From Nitrosopumilus sp. (GTDB lineage: Archaea; Thermoproteota; Nitrososphaeria; Nitrososphaerales; Nitrosopumilaceae), in the NCBI GenBank assembly GCA_965207075.1, contig CBDBLO010000002.1, positions 1,248,001 to 1,312,000 on the forward strand: DNA of 64,000 nt, read 5' to 3'. A model generated the notes under the pieces. That model did no database searches, had not been told where the DNA came from, and was given only the letters and a program-made list of their open reading frames with translations. Every line of letters starts with the position of its first letter. The first letter of the stretch is position 1. Shown piece by piece: positions 27,537 to 36,364 of this stretch. The translations under genes and the position numbers were made by a program.

Positions 27537-27644
27537 ACGACAGGTTTCTGCCGCAATGCCGCCCGCCTTTAAAATGTCACGATGGTGTGCCGGCATGACG
27601 CGTTCTCGTGCCGCCGCCCCGGGCTGCCGAATGGAGATGAGCAG

Positions 27645-27983
27645 ATGAGCGCCATCTGCGGTCCGGCCTGCCAGTCCTGCCAGTTCTACTCGGCGGAGAC
27701 CCGGTACGCCGGCAAGCTGCTGTGCAAGGTATGCGCGGGAGCCCAGCGGTCGGCCGCCGCGCAGATGGGGCGCGCCAAGCGGACGCTTCCCGCCAACCCC
27801 TGCACGTGCAAACGCTCGTGGGAGTCCAGGCCGGACAGGCCGAAGACCGCGGTGAAGTGCCGCATGTGCGGCAGGTGGCATCCGCGCATCTACGTGTTTA
27901 TCACCGGCATATGCCGCACGTGCTGGCGCGCGGTAGAACGCGAACTCGGCAAGAGGCGGGGTAAAACCCGCAGGAGGACGTGA
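27645..27983 (+). CDS. Cys-rich zinc-binding protein
   Basis: Several CxxC pairs; ATGA-type start. Confidence 0.6.
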   Translation: MSAICGPACQSCQFYSAETRYAGKLLCKVCAGAQRSAAAQMGRAKRTLPANPCTCKRSWESRPDRPKTAVKCRMCGRWHPRIYVFITGICRTCWRAVERELGKRRGKTRRRT

Positions 27984-27984
27984 C

Positions 27985-28131
27985 ATGCTGAGGTGCTCCA
28001 AGTGCCACCACGAGTGGGACGACCATTACGTGAGCGACTACGGGACGGTGCTGTGCAACGCCGCGTCCGACAACGGAGTGACCGGGTGCCAGTGCGAGAC
28101 GCAGCTGGAGAACGAGGAGGCCGGCGACTGA
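27985..28131 (+). CDS. CxxCxH-x4-H...CxC micro-protein (48 aa)
   Basis: Hand translation MLRCSKCHHEWDDHY...GCQC; GGAGG upstream. Confidence 0.65.
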   Translation: MLRCSKCHHEWDDHYVSDYGTVLCNAASDNGVTGCQCETQLENEEAGD

Positions 28132-28238
28132 TGTCAACCAGGACAACAGGATGCGACGTGTGCGGCGCCACGTACGTTACGGACGACCTGACTCAGCTGC
28201 TGTGTCCCAAGTGCAGGAAGGAGACCGCCGAAGAATGA
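28131..28238 (+). CDS. CxxC zinc-finger micro-protein (35 aa)
   Basis: MSTRTTGCDVCG...CPKCRK; TGATG and ATGA overlaps. Confidence 0.6.
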   Translation: MSTRTTGCDVCGATYVTDDLTQLLCPKCRKETAEE

Positions 28239-28657
28239 GCCGCTCGTACAAGGCGGCGCGCAAGGCCCGCCGCAAGAACACCAAGGACACCAAGGACACC
28301 AAGTTCCGCGCGTCGTCCGCGAACACACACGTGTTCGGCGTCCGCACGCTAAAGGACGGCGTGGAGGTCTTCCTGTCCCGGTACATGAAGTACTATACGG
28401 AGATACGCAAGGAGGGCGTCAACAAGGAGTTCGCCCACCAGCTCGCAATGCTGGCGATTTCCATCACCAAGGCGGTGGAGGGCGTCCACGACCGGTACCC
28501 CGTGCAGGGCAACGCCCAGAACATGGTCAACATGTGCACCGAGATGTGGTTCGCCGTCAATGATCCCGAATATCAGGAGGCGGTGCAAAGCAACACTGTC
28601 GACGAGCTGCTCCGAAGGCGGGCGGAAGAGGAGGAGGAGATGGTGGTGGAGGAATGA
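28235..28657 (+). CDS. Hypothetical protein
   Basis: ATGA-coupled 140-aa ORF. Confidence 0.7.
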   Translation: MSRSYKAARKARRKNTKDTKDTKFRASSANTHVFGVRTLKDGVEVFLSRYMKYYTEIRKEGVNKEFAHQLAMLAISITKAVEGVHDRYPVQGNAQNMVNMCTEMWFAVNDPEYQEAVQSNTVDELLRRRAEEEEEMVVEE

Positions 28658-29022
28658 AGCCCTGTATACTGTGCGGACTGCCGACGGGCCGCGAGTGGAC
28701 TCCACCGCACGCGCCGGGACACCGCGTCGCGCTCTGCATCGCCTGCCACAAGCAAATCTCGGCGGCCGCCAACACCTGCGGTGTCGTCCTTCCGGACAAC
28801 TACGACGGACCCATCGGCATCGACGACCGTAACAAGTGCGTCATGTGCAACAAGGAGGCGGAGGGGCTGATATACCGGTGCAAGTGCTCCGAACACTGCT
28901 GCATTCGCCTCTGCATGAACTGCAGAAACAACCGGATGCACATCCACAACAAGATCGGGCACTTCATCAAACACTACGATGTCGAGGGGGACGGTCGCGG
29001 ACTGCCGGAGAGGGTGGAGTAA
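28654..29022 (+). CDS. Cys-rich zinc-binding protein
   Basis: CILC, CIAC, CVMC, CKCSEHCC, CMNC. Confidence 0.7.
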   Translation: MKPCILCGLPTGREWTPPHAPGHRVALCIACHKQISAAANTCGVVLPDNYDGPIGIDDRNKCVMCNKEAEGLIYRCKCSEHCCIRLCMNCRNNRMHIHNKIGHFIKHYDVEGDGRGLPERVE

Positions 29023-29178
29023 ATGTCAAAGCACGCCGACATCCCGGCCAACAGAATCAAGTGCGCGGTCTGCCAGCACGAGAGCCGGAGCCACCACCCT
29101 GGAGGCTGCTGGGAACAGGGCTGCAACTGCCGCGGGTTCAAATCGCCCCTACGGACGCTGGAGGAGGCGACGGAATGA
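29023..29178 (+). CDS. CxxCxH-x4-H...CxC micro-protein (51 aa)
   Basis: Hand translation ...CAVCQHESRSHHPGGCWEQGCNC. Confidence 0.65.
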   Translation: MSKHADIPANRIKCAVCQHESRSHHPGGCWEQGCNCRGFKSPLRTLEEATE

Positions 29179-29480
29179 CGCGCGGCCTCATCGTCCTCCA
29201 TCCTTACGCCACACAAATCATCACCGGCGACAAGACGGAGGAGTACCGTGACCGCCCGCCGCCCCCAGGGGTCATAGGCTCGACCATCTACCTGCTGTCA
29301 GGCGGATACGCCCTCGGCAGGATCAAGATCACGTGGGCGGAGCCCGGCATCTGGCACGTCCGCGTCGTGGAAAGGTTCGATACCCCGCGCAAGTACGAGC
29401 ACCCGAATGGCGCCCAGGTGTGGGTGCGGGACGTGCGGTTCGACCCGCAGCCCACGCTCGACGGGAGGAATGCATCGTGA
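29175..29480 (+). CDS. ASCH-domain protein
   Basis: GLIVLHPYATQIITGDKTEEYR matches the ASCH signature (L...PyA..I..GxKxxExR). Confidence 0.85.
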   Translation: MTRGLIVLHPYATQIITGDKTEEYRDRPPPPGVIGSTIYLLSGGYALGRIKITWAEPGIWHVRVVERFDTPRKYEHPNGAQVWVRDVRFDPQPTLDGRNAS

Positions 29481-29596
29481 ACTGCAACAACTGCGATGCC
29501 GAGGGCACTGCTGAGAATGTCTGCCCCATGTGCAACGAGTCGTTCTGCGACGACTGCGAGCATTCCCACGGGTGCGACTTGGAGGACTACTGGTGA
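29477..29596 (+). CDS. Cys-rich micro-protein
   Basis: CNNC..CPMC..CDDC; GTGA overlap. Confidence 0.6.
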   Translation: MNCNNCDAEGTAENVCPMCNESFCDDCEHSHGCDLEDYW

Positions 29597-29748
29597 TGGC
29601 GCCCGGCAAGAGGCGCGGCCTCGTCAGCTGCGATGCCTGCGGCAGGCGCATCAAACCTAACCCCGAAAGGACCAGCGGACCGGGCTCAGCCTACCCGGAC
29701 AAATACTATTGCTCTCCGTGCTGGAAGTACTGGGAGGAGGGTGACTGA
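29596..29748 (+). CDS. CxxC micro-protein
   Basis: CDACG..YCSPCW; TGATG overlaps. Confidence 0.6.
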   Translation: MAPGKRRGLVSCDACGRRIKPNPERTSGPGSAYPDKYYCSPCWKYWEEGD

Positions 29749-29891
29749 TGCCCGCCCCGGATACCATCCCCTGCCTCTCCTGCGGCCACTCCCAGGACGG
29801 CCACGAGAAACCACGGAGCTGCACGAGCCTGACTCCATGTAAGACCGCCGGCTGCTTCTGCACGCGGTACAAAGGGGGACGGGCTGGCTGA
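29748..29891 (+). CDS. CxxCxH-x4-H...CxC micro-protein (47 aa)
   Basis: Hand translation MPAPDTIPCLSCGHSQDGH...GCFC. Confidence 0.6.
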   Translation: MPAPDTIPCLSCGHSQDGHEKPRSCTSLTPCKTAGCFCTRYKGGRAG

Positions 29892-30442
29892 CCGACAGCA
29901 ACAGGACCCGCCGGAAGCGCGGGTACGAATACGAGAAGAGTCTGGCGCTCCGGCTCAACAAGGTACCCGGGTGCCGCGCCTACAGGTTGGGCGGGACGCA
30001 GGTGGAACTGCCCGACGTGCTGTGCGTCAACAATATCACGGGTGAGATGGCCGCCATCGAGTGCAAGACCGGCGGCAACGGCCGGCTGTACGTACCGCGC
30101 GATCAAATAGAGAGATGCCGCAGCTGGACCGACGCTCTGCGGGCGTACGGCCGCCGGCACGTCATAGTCGCGTTCAGGTTCCACTCAAAGCGCGGGCGCG
30201 GGAAGACCAGGCGCGATGTAAGGGAGTACCTCTTCCAGTTGCACGACGAAGTCACGCGCGACGTGCGCTGCTCCTATGACGGCACGTTATACATGCGCGA
30301 CTGCGACGGAAATGAGGGCGACTGCGGCTGGACTGTGATATGCTCCCCCGCGGGGGCCGTACAACTGGCGCTGGCCGACAGGGTGCCCGCCCCTGGCGCG
30401 GGGGGGCTGGCCATGTGCGAATCCGCCCCGCCTGTACGCTAG
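29888..30442 (+). CDS. hjc: Archaeal Holliday junction resolvase (Hjc, PD-(D/E)xK)
   Basis: RRKRGYEYE..LPDVL..AIECK; reading frame extends upstream of the ORF-track start to a CTG overlapping the previous stop. Confidence 0.8.
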   Translation: MTDSNRTRRKRGYEYEKSLALRLNKVPGCRAYRLGGTQVELPDVLCVNNITGEMAAIECKTGGNGRLYVPRDQIERCRSWTDALRAYGRRHVIVAFRFHSKRGRGKTRRDVREYLFQLHDEVTRDVRCSYDGTLYMRDCDGNEGDCGWTVICSPAGAVQLALADRVPAPGAGGLAMCESAPPVR

Positions 30443-30452
30443 CCCGCCGCAG

Positions 30453-30569
30453 TGACATCTGAGGGCGGGCGTCAGAAAATTCCTGCTAATTGATTAAGCG
30501 GAACAAATTCTTTCCTGCTAATCGATTAGCGGTAATTTTCTCCCGTCCGCGCTGTTCCTGCAGATGTCA
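30453..30569. repeat. Nested repeats at the element's right flank
   Basis: TGACATCTG (30453) / CAGATGTCA (30561) inverted; TTCCTGCTAAT[T/C]GATTA(A)GCGG direct at 30480 and 30512; palindrome GCTAATCGATTAGC 30517-30530. Confidence 0.75.
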
Positions 30570-30885
30570 GGCGTCATTCCAGACTGCGGTGTCTCATCGA
30601 AACCTTAATTATCGGCGTACTCCTACGTTTGGTCAAATCTAAAAAGCATGGAATAAACCAACTAATCCTATTGGATTCGCTGGGGGACTGGCCGGCGCCC
30701 CGTGGCCTCCCTGCCTTCTTGACGCGCCTCTGATCCCGTGACGCGGCCACGCGTGAGTGCTGCCCTCCTGCAGCCGCTGGCGTCGACGGCGGACACTCCT
30801 GAGGTTTTCCGATGGCGCGGTTTTTGTTGCCTGCCGTCCTGCCGCGGGCAAACATCTTATTTGCGCGCCACGACGGCCTGGTTGA

Positions 30886-31617
30886 ATGGGCAAAAAGGAG
30901 GCCACGCGGGGCCGCAAGGTGTTTGCGGTGGACATTGACGGCACCATAACCGAGAACGGAGGCGGGCGCATACACCTGGGCGCCATGTCTGCCCTGAGGC
31001 GCCTGGAGGAGTGCGGGCACACCGTGATATTCGTGACCGGGCGCTCGTCGGTGGAGGGGTTCGTACTGTCGGTCTTTGGGGGCACCACCAACATTGCCGT
31101 GGGGGAGAACGGCGGCTGCATAACGGACGGGCCCGACAGCCACATACTGGTAGGCGACAGGGCCGAGTGCGAGGCGGCCTTTGACGCCATACGGCAGGAG
31201 ATCCCGGATGCGCGCAAAAAGCCGGTATTTCCACGCATGACGGAGGTGGTGCTGGAGCGCACGTTTGAGGTGGACATGGCGGTAAGAGTGCTTGAGCGTC
31301 GCGGCATGAGCGCGAGGCTTTCTGACAGCCAGTACGCGTACCACATCAACTCGCCGGGGGTCGACAAGGGGACGGGGTTCAGGCGCGTGGCGGAGATGCT
31401 GTCCGTGTCAAGAGACGACGTAATTGCCATAGGGGACAGCGCCACTGACGTCCCGCTGTTCGGGGAGGCCGGCACGAGCATAGCGCTCGCAAACGCGTCT
31501 GACAGCGTAAAGGATAAGGCTACAATGACCACGATGTCGGGCGCCGGCGACGGGGTGCTAGAGGCCTTGGACAAATTGGCCCCCGGAATACTCTCGGTGA
31601 CGGGAAGGCGGCGGTGA
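30886..31617 (+). CDS. Phosphoglycolate phosphatase (HAD-IIB, archaeal type)
   Basis: DIDGTIT, VTGR, GENG, VDKG, GDSATD. Confidence 0.9.
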   Translation: MGKKEATRGRKVFAVDIDGTITENGGGRIHLGAMSALRRLEECGHTVIFVTGRSSVEGFVLSVFGGTTNIAVGENGGCITDGPDSHILVGDRAECEAAFDAIRQEIPDARKKPVFPRMTEVVLERTFEVDMAVRVLERRGMSARLSDSQYAYHINSPGVDKGTGFRRVAEMLSVSRDDVIAIGDSATDVPLFGEAGTSIALANASDSVKDKATMTTMSGAGDGVLEALDKLAPGILSVTGRRR

Positions 31618-33653
31618 TTGGCATTATCATGACGCGAGCGTCTATGAAAGCATTGCTTGAGGAGATACGGCAGCGCCTACTGCGCGACGTCATACAGGAC
31701 GCGTGCGCCGCGCTTGACGGGGCCAGTGACGGCGGCCATCATGCCCGCACCCTGCCCTTTGACGTCTCGCTTTCAAGGCCCGGATTTGGCGACGCAAGCT
31801 CAAACGTCGCCTTTCTGCTTGCCGGACGGCTCAAGATGAGCCCCCCTGATATTGCGCGCGCCATATCTGCCAAGTACAACGAGCGCAACCCCCCCGGGGG
31901 GCTTGTGGTGCGCTCCGTACCGCACCCGTCCGGGCACGTCAACTTTGAGGCCGACTGGGCGCAGCTCTCTGAGATCATCCTGTCCGGCGCCGGGCTAGAC
32001 ACGTTCGGGGACTCGGAGATTGGGGGCGGCACCCCAGTTACGGTAGAGCATACAAGCGTGAACCCCAACAAGGCCCTGCACATAGGACATGTCCGCAACA
32101 TCATAATCGGGGACACTGTGTCCCGGATACTCAGAAAGTCGGGGCACGCGGTCAAGGTGCTCAACTATGTGGACGACTCGGGGCTACAGGTGGCCGACGT
32201 GGTCGTGGGGTTCAGGCACCTCGGGTTCCCGATGGATCCGCCGCCTGGAAAGACGTTTGCACAGTACTGCGGCGAAGAGGTCTACGTGAAAACAACGCAG
32301 AGATACGATTCGGACCCGTCCCTTGAGGGACTGAGACGCGATACCCTGAAGGAGATTGAGGGCGGCTCGACTGAGGCCGCCAAGCTTGCAGGCATGATAA
32401 CGCGCCGCGTGCTTGCCGACCAGCTTCAGACGTGCTGGCGCCTCTCCGTATACTACGACTGCCTCAACTTTGAGTCGCACATAATACGGTCCGGCATGTG
32501 GGATGCGGTATTTGGCAAGCTCAAGGACATGAACTTGGTGGATCTCGACCGTAGCGGGGGCAAGAACGACGGGTGCTGGGTGATACGGGACGCGCACGGG
32601 GCCGGCGCTGGCCGGGGCGAGGGCGACGGCACCAGTGACGGCAGCGCGCGCGACGCCAAAAAGGAGAGCCCGCCTGAGGAGAACCGTGACAAGGTCATCG
32701 TGAGAAGCAACGGGACTGCCACGTACATAGCAAAGGACATTCCGTACGCGGCGTGGAAGCTGGGACTGGTCGACGACCCGTTCGGATATGTAAGGTACGA
32801 CGCCGAGCAGCCCGGGGGCACCACCCTGTGGCAGACTGCCCTTGGCCGATCGGATTGCGCGATGAACTTTGCCGGGGAGCGCGTAATTACGGTAATTGAC
32901 TCGCGGCAGTCGGGGCTGCAGAGAATCGTCTCGGATCTGATGGGGCGCTTCAAGTCAAGCAGGTCCGCGTACGTGCATCTGGCCTACGAGTCAGTCACGC
33001 TGAGCTCTGGCACGGCAAGGACGCTCGGGATGGAGACGGACAAGCGGCAGGCCCACATGTCCGGCCGACTCGGGCTCTATGTGGACGCGGATTCCGTGTA
33101 CGAGGAGCTGCGCAAAAAGGCGGCGGCCGAGACGCTCAAGCGCCACCCTGACATGGACGATTCGGATGTCGCGCGCATATCCCGCGACATCTCTGTTGGG
33201 ACGATAAGGTATGAGATGATAAAGCAGGATCTGGACAAGATAATCACGTTTGACATGGAGCGATCGCTGAGTCTGGAGGGGGATACGGCATCCTACATAC
33301 AGTACGCGGGGGCAAGGGCGTCGAGGATCCTTGAGAAGGCGGGGCGGGAGCCTCCCGACAAAATTGACTTTGGTCTACTCGGGGGGGAGGATGCCGAGAT
33401 TGCGCTGATCAGGGCGATTGGCTCCTTTGAAATTGCAGTGGAGGACGCGGCAAGGAACCTCTCGCCCAAGGTCGTTGCAAGGTACTGCCACGACTTGGCC
33501 GTGTCGTTCAACGCGTTTTACGAGCGCAGCCGGGTGCTGGGGCTCGGTGATCCGGGCTTGGAGGACGCGCGCCTGTATCTGGTCCGCTCGTTCCGGCTCG
33601 CCGTCACGAGGGCTCTGGGCCTTGTGGGGATCTCGGCGCCGGACGTGATGTAG
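31614..33653 (+). CDS. argS: Arginine--tRNA ligase
   Basis: EHTSVNPNKALHIGH, RSNGTATY, YIQYA, DALR anticodon domain. Confidence 0.95.
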   Translation: MIGIIMTRASMKALLEEIRQRLLRDVIQDACAALDGASDGGHHARTLPFDVSLSRPGFGDASSNVAFLLAGRLKMSPPDIARAISAKYNERNPPGGLVVRSVPHPSGHVNFEADWAQLSEIILSGAGLDTFGDSEIGGGTPVTVEHTSVNPNKALHIGHVRNIIIGDTVSRILRKSGHAVKVLNYVDDSGLQVADVVVGFRHLGFPMDPPPGKTFAQYCGEEVYVKTTQRYDSDPSLEGLRRDTLKEIEGGSTEAAKLAGMITRRVLADQLQTCWRLSVYYDCLNFESHIIRSGMWDAVFGKLKDMNLVDLDRSGGKNDGCWVIRDAHGAGAGRGEGDGTSDGSARDAKKESPPEENRDKVIVRSNGTATYIAKDIPYAAWKLGLVDDPFGYVRYDAEQPGGTTLWQTALGRSDCAMNFAGERVITVIDSRQSGLQRIVSDLMGRFKSSRSAYVHLAYESVTLSSGTARTLGMETDKRQAHMSGRLGLYVDADSVYEELRKKAAAETLKRHPDMDDSDVARISRDISVGTIRYEMIKQDLDKIITFDMERSLSLEGDTASYIQYAGARASRILEKAGREPPDKIDFGLLGGEDAEIALIRAIGSFEIAVEDAARNLSPKVVARYCHDLAVSFNAFYERSRVLGLGDPGLEDARLYLVRSFRLAVTRALGLVGISAPDVM

Positions 33654-33695
33654 CGTGCGCGCGGCCGCACGCCCCCTGTTGCAACGCGCCTCCGC

Positions 33696-34211
33696 TCACC
33701 CGTATATCGACGACTCTGTGGGTCCGCCGCTTGGAGCCGCCGTCCCCTTTGCGAGGTTGCCCAGGTTGGCGCGGAGTATCTTCTGCATGTGTCCTGACAC
33801 CCTGGCCACGTTGTCCCACGCGTTGTGAAACGTCACCCTGTCAAGAACCTGCTCGTCGACGTGCGAGAATATCGCAAGCCCCACCACCTCGCCTCCGGCG
33901 TTAACCCACTGGTGTCCCACGCCGCAGGCGGTGCATATGCCGCTTATCTCGATTGCCGCCTTTGCAAACGCGGGATTGCTTGGCACCAGCAGCTTTGTGT
34001 CCTGCGGCGTGAACCTCATATTCACGTTGATGTGTATGCGGTCTTCCCTGTTCGCGTTCTTGCTTACTATGATGTTGTCGCCCACATAGAACTGCCAATC
34101 GATGGTCTGGGTCTTGGACCTGACGACCTGGGTCTGATCCTCGTACTTTACCTTTGTTATCTTGATGTATTCCTCCACCAGCTGCTTCATCTGTTCCGAG
34201 GTCTTTGGCAT
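33696..34211 (-). CDS. Conserved hypothetical protein
   Basis: 171-aa ORF with host-like codon usage. Confidence 0.75.
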   Translation of the reverse strand: MPKTSEQMKQLVEEYIKITKVKYEDQTQVVRSKTQTIDWQFYVGDNIIVSKNANREDRIHINVNMRFTPQDTKLLVPSNPAFAKAAIEISGICTACGVGHQWVNAGGEVVGLAIFSHVDEQVLDRVTFHNAWDNVARVSGHMQKILRANLGNLAKGTAAPSGGPTESSIYG

Positions 34212-34249
34212 CCTGCCGTCTCCCCCCTCATCGTCCCTCTGCCCGTACG

Positions 34250-34606
34250 TCAGGCCGACGGCACTGCAAGCCCGGCGTCGCCGCCCTTCTTTTCAAACAC
34301 CCTGTATTCGCCGATTACTGAGCCGCATCCCCCGCACTGGTACTGTCCCCTCTCGACGAGCAGGAGGTTCTCAGAGACCTGCTCGGGCCCCTCGCTGCCG
34401 CCCTCCGGGCTTATCTTGGGCGGCCCGTCAAACTCTTTCTTGCAGTCGTTGCACGCATGCCCTGACATCTTGGACTGCTCTATCTTTCCGATTGGCGCCA
34501 GGAACAGTTTGCCGACGCCCAAGTCCGCCGCCTTTGCCTGCTCCTCAGTCAGGTCCGCGACTATGCTGCCGCCGGAGCCAAACAACCTGAGTTCCGTCAT
34601 GGGCAT
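34250..34606 (-). CDS. Hypothetical Zn-ribbon protein
   Basis: CNDC..CGGC. Confidence 0.75.
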   Translation of the reverse strand: MPMTELRLFGSGGSIVADLTEEQAKAADLGVGKLFLAPIGKIEQSKMSGHACNDCKKEFDGPPKISPEGGSEGPEQVSENLLLVERGQYQCGGCGSVIGEYRVFEKKGGDAGLAVPSA

Positions 34607-35053
34607 GCTACGGACGCCATTCAATTATACGTTATGGATCCTTTTTGGGTTTCGTTCAGACTGACCCGGCCTCTGACAGATTGGTGGCGGCCGGCGTGAC
34701 TACTGGAGGCCAGCTCCCGATGATGCCGCCTGCCCTGGCGCGGCAGGCGCCGTTCGCGGGCCCGGATGCTGCACCGCGCAAACCGGGCGCGGCATCTGGC
34801 TTCTGGACGCGCAGGATCCCGTTACGTGGAAAATGACTGCAGCCCTTCGGGCAGCATTATGAGGAACCCGGCGGGAGCGCCCGTCTGTCAATCCGGGCGG
34901 CCCTGATACCGCGTCCGCGCGCAGCTACGGCGCGCATGCGCGAACACTCGGCCTTGGGCCGGGACGATTAAGGTGGGCGGGAATACCAAAAGGGGGCGCA
35001 GCCGCGGAACCGCACCAGACAAAACTAATAACAGTTGGCCGTCTTGGCACGGC

Positions 35054-35863
35054 ATGATCGAGCACCTCTGGCTTATCCCGCTCGGGTTTGCATCGGGACT
35101 GCTTGGCTCTATGACCGGGCTAGGTGGCGGGATAATTACGGTACCGGTGATGGTGTTCCTCGGGTTCCCGCACACGCTGGCGGCAAGCAACAGCCTGCTT
35201 GCCACGTTCAGCAACGCGGTCGCCTCGACCATCTCATACTCCCGGCAGAAGCGCATCGAGTACGCTTTGGGCCTCAAGCTCGGGCTGCTGTCGCTTCCTG
35301 GCACGGTGGTGGGAGCATGGGTGACGTCAGACGTGGCGCACCACAACTTTCAGTTCCTGTTCGGGCTGGTGCTCGTCGTATCGGCCGCGTACCTGCTGCT
35401 AAAGCCGAGGCTTGCGGGGAGCGCGGGGGAGTCGGCGGCCGGCGGCAGCAAGAACCCGCTGTACTCGTTTCCGGGGCTGATGATCGTGTTTCTGGCCGGG
35501 GTGAGCTTTTTTGCCGGCATGACCTCGTCCTTTTTTGGCATAGGGGGAGGCATAATATTCGTCCCCCTGATGGTCGCGGGCCTCGGGATGTCGATAAAGA
35601 GGGCCGCCCCGACGTCGCAGATGATACTGCTGTTCGCGTCGCTCTCCGGAATCACGGTGCACGGGTTCCTTGGCAATCCCGATCTCCTGCAGGCCTCGTT
35701 CATGGCGATTGGCGCCTTTGCCGGGGGAATAACCGGGGCGCGGCTGTCGATAGAGGCAAAAGAGCGCAACCTCAGACTGCTGACGTTTGGCGTGATACTT
35801 GCGGCGTCTGCAAAGATGTTCTACGACTCGGTGACTTCAACCGTGGATCCGGACCTGTCATGA
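35054..35863 (+). CDS. Sulfite exporter TauE/SafE family protein
   Basis: Duplicated GLGGG/GIGGG motifs, multi-TM. Confidence 0.9.
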   Translation: MIEHLWLIPLGFASGLLGSMTGLGGGIITVPVMVFLGFPHTLAASNSLLATFSNAVASTISYSRQKRIEYALGLKLGLLSLPGTVVGAWVTSDVAHHNFQFLFGLVLVVSAAYLLLKPRLAGSAGESAAGGSKNPLYSFPGLMIVFLAGVSFFAGMTSSFFGIGGGIIFVPLMVAGLGMSIKRAAPTSQMILLFASLSGITVHGFLGNPDLLQASFMAIGAFAGGITGARLSIEAKERNLRLLTFGVILAASAKMFYDSVTSTVDPDLS

Positions 35864-36319
35864 CTTCTTGGCCGGCGGGTTCTTCCTCACCCTGTAGATG
35901 TTGCGCCTCGAGAGCAGCACGAGCTTTCCATCCTCGCCTGCTGCCTCGTAGTCCACTGAGATCCTGCCATACTCGCCGCTTACGTCCTCCACGCCCGATA
36001 TGACATAGGTCACCCTCAGCGTGTCCCCCGTATAGACCGGGGCGAGAAACCTCGTGCCGCGGCCGTCCCAGTCAGGATCACCGTCGTAGCCGGACAGTAT
36101 GATGTGGTTGCCGTATATCTCCTCGAGCCTTGAGAACTCGCCCTCGATCCTGGAGAGGAGCGCCCTGCCGGGTATGAGGCGCCCGGCGGCTCCGCCACCC
36201 TCCTCCAAAAACGCGTTCTTTACGCGTGCAAACTCCATGTACTTGTCAAGCTCTTTCTCGGCGATGGTAAACTCGGACTGCAGCCTGTCGCCCGTGCTAA
36301 ACTCGACGAACCTCTTCAT
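35858..36319 (-). CDS. MaoC-like hotdog-fold protein
   Basis: RFLAPVYTGDTL. Confidence 0.75.
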   Translation of the reverse strand: MKRFVEFSTGDRLQSEFTIAEKELDKYMEFARVKNAFLEEGGGAAGRLIPGRALLSRIEGEFSRLEEIYGNHIILSGYDGDPDWDGRGTRFLAPVYTGDTLRVTYVISGVEDVSGEYGRISVDYEAAGEDGKLVLLSRRNIYRVRKNPPAKKS

Positions 36320-36364
36320 TTTCTATCCGCGACTGGTGGTGGCGGCAGTGAGTTGCATGTCCGG

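Noticed and set aside
26223-28001. 592-aa minus-strand ORF and similar long overlapping ORFs (e.g. 9440-10723, 23017-24306)
   Set aside because: GC-rich antisense shadows of the MTase, RNR and VirB4 genes with no motifs
30480-30532. Possible mini-CRISPR
   Set aside because: Only two imperfect copies separated by ~10 nt
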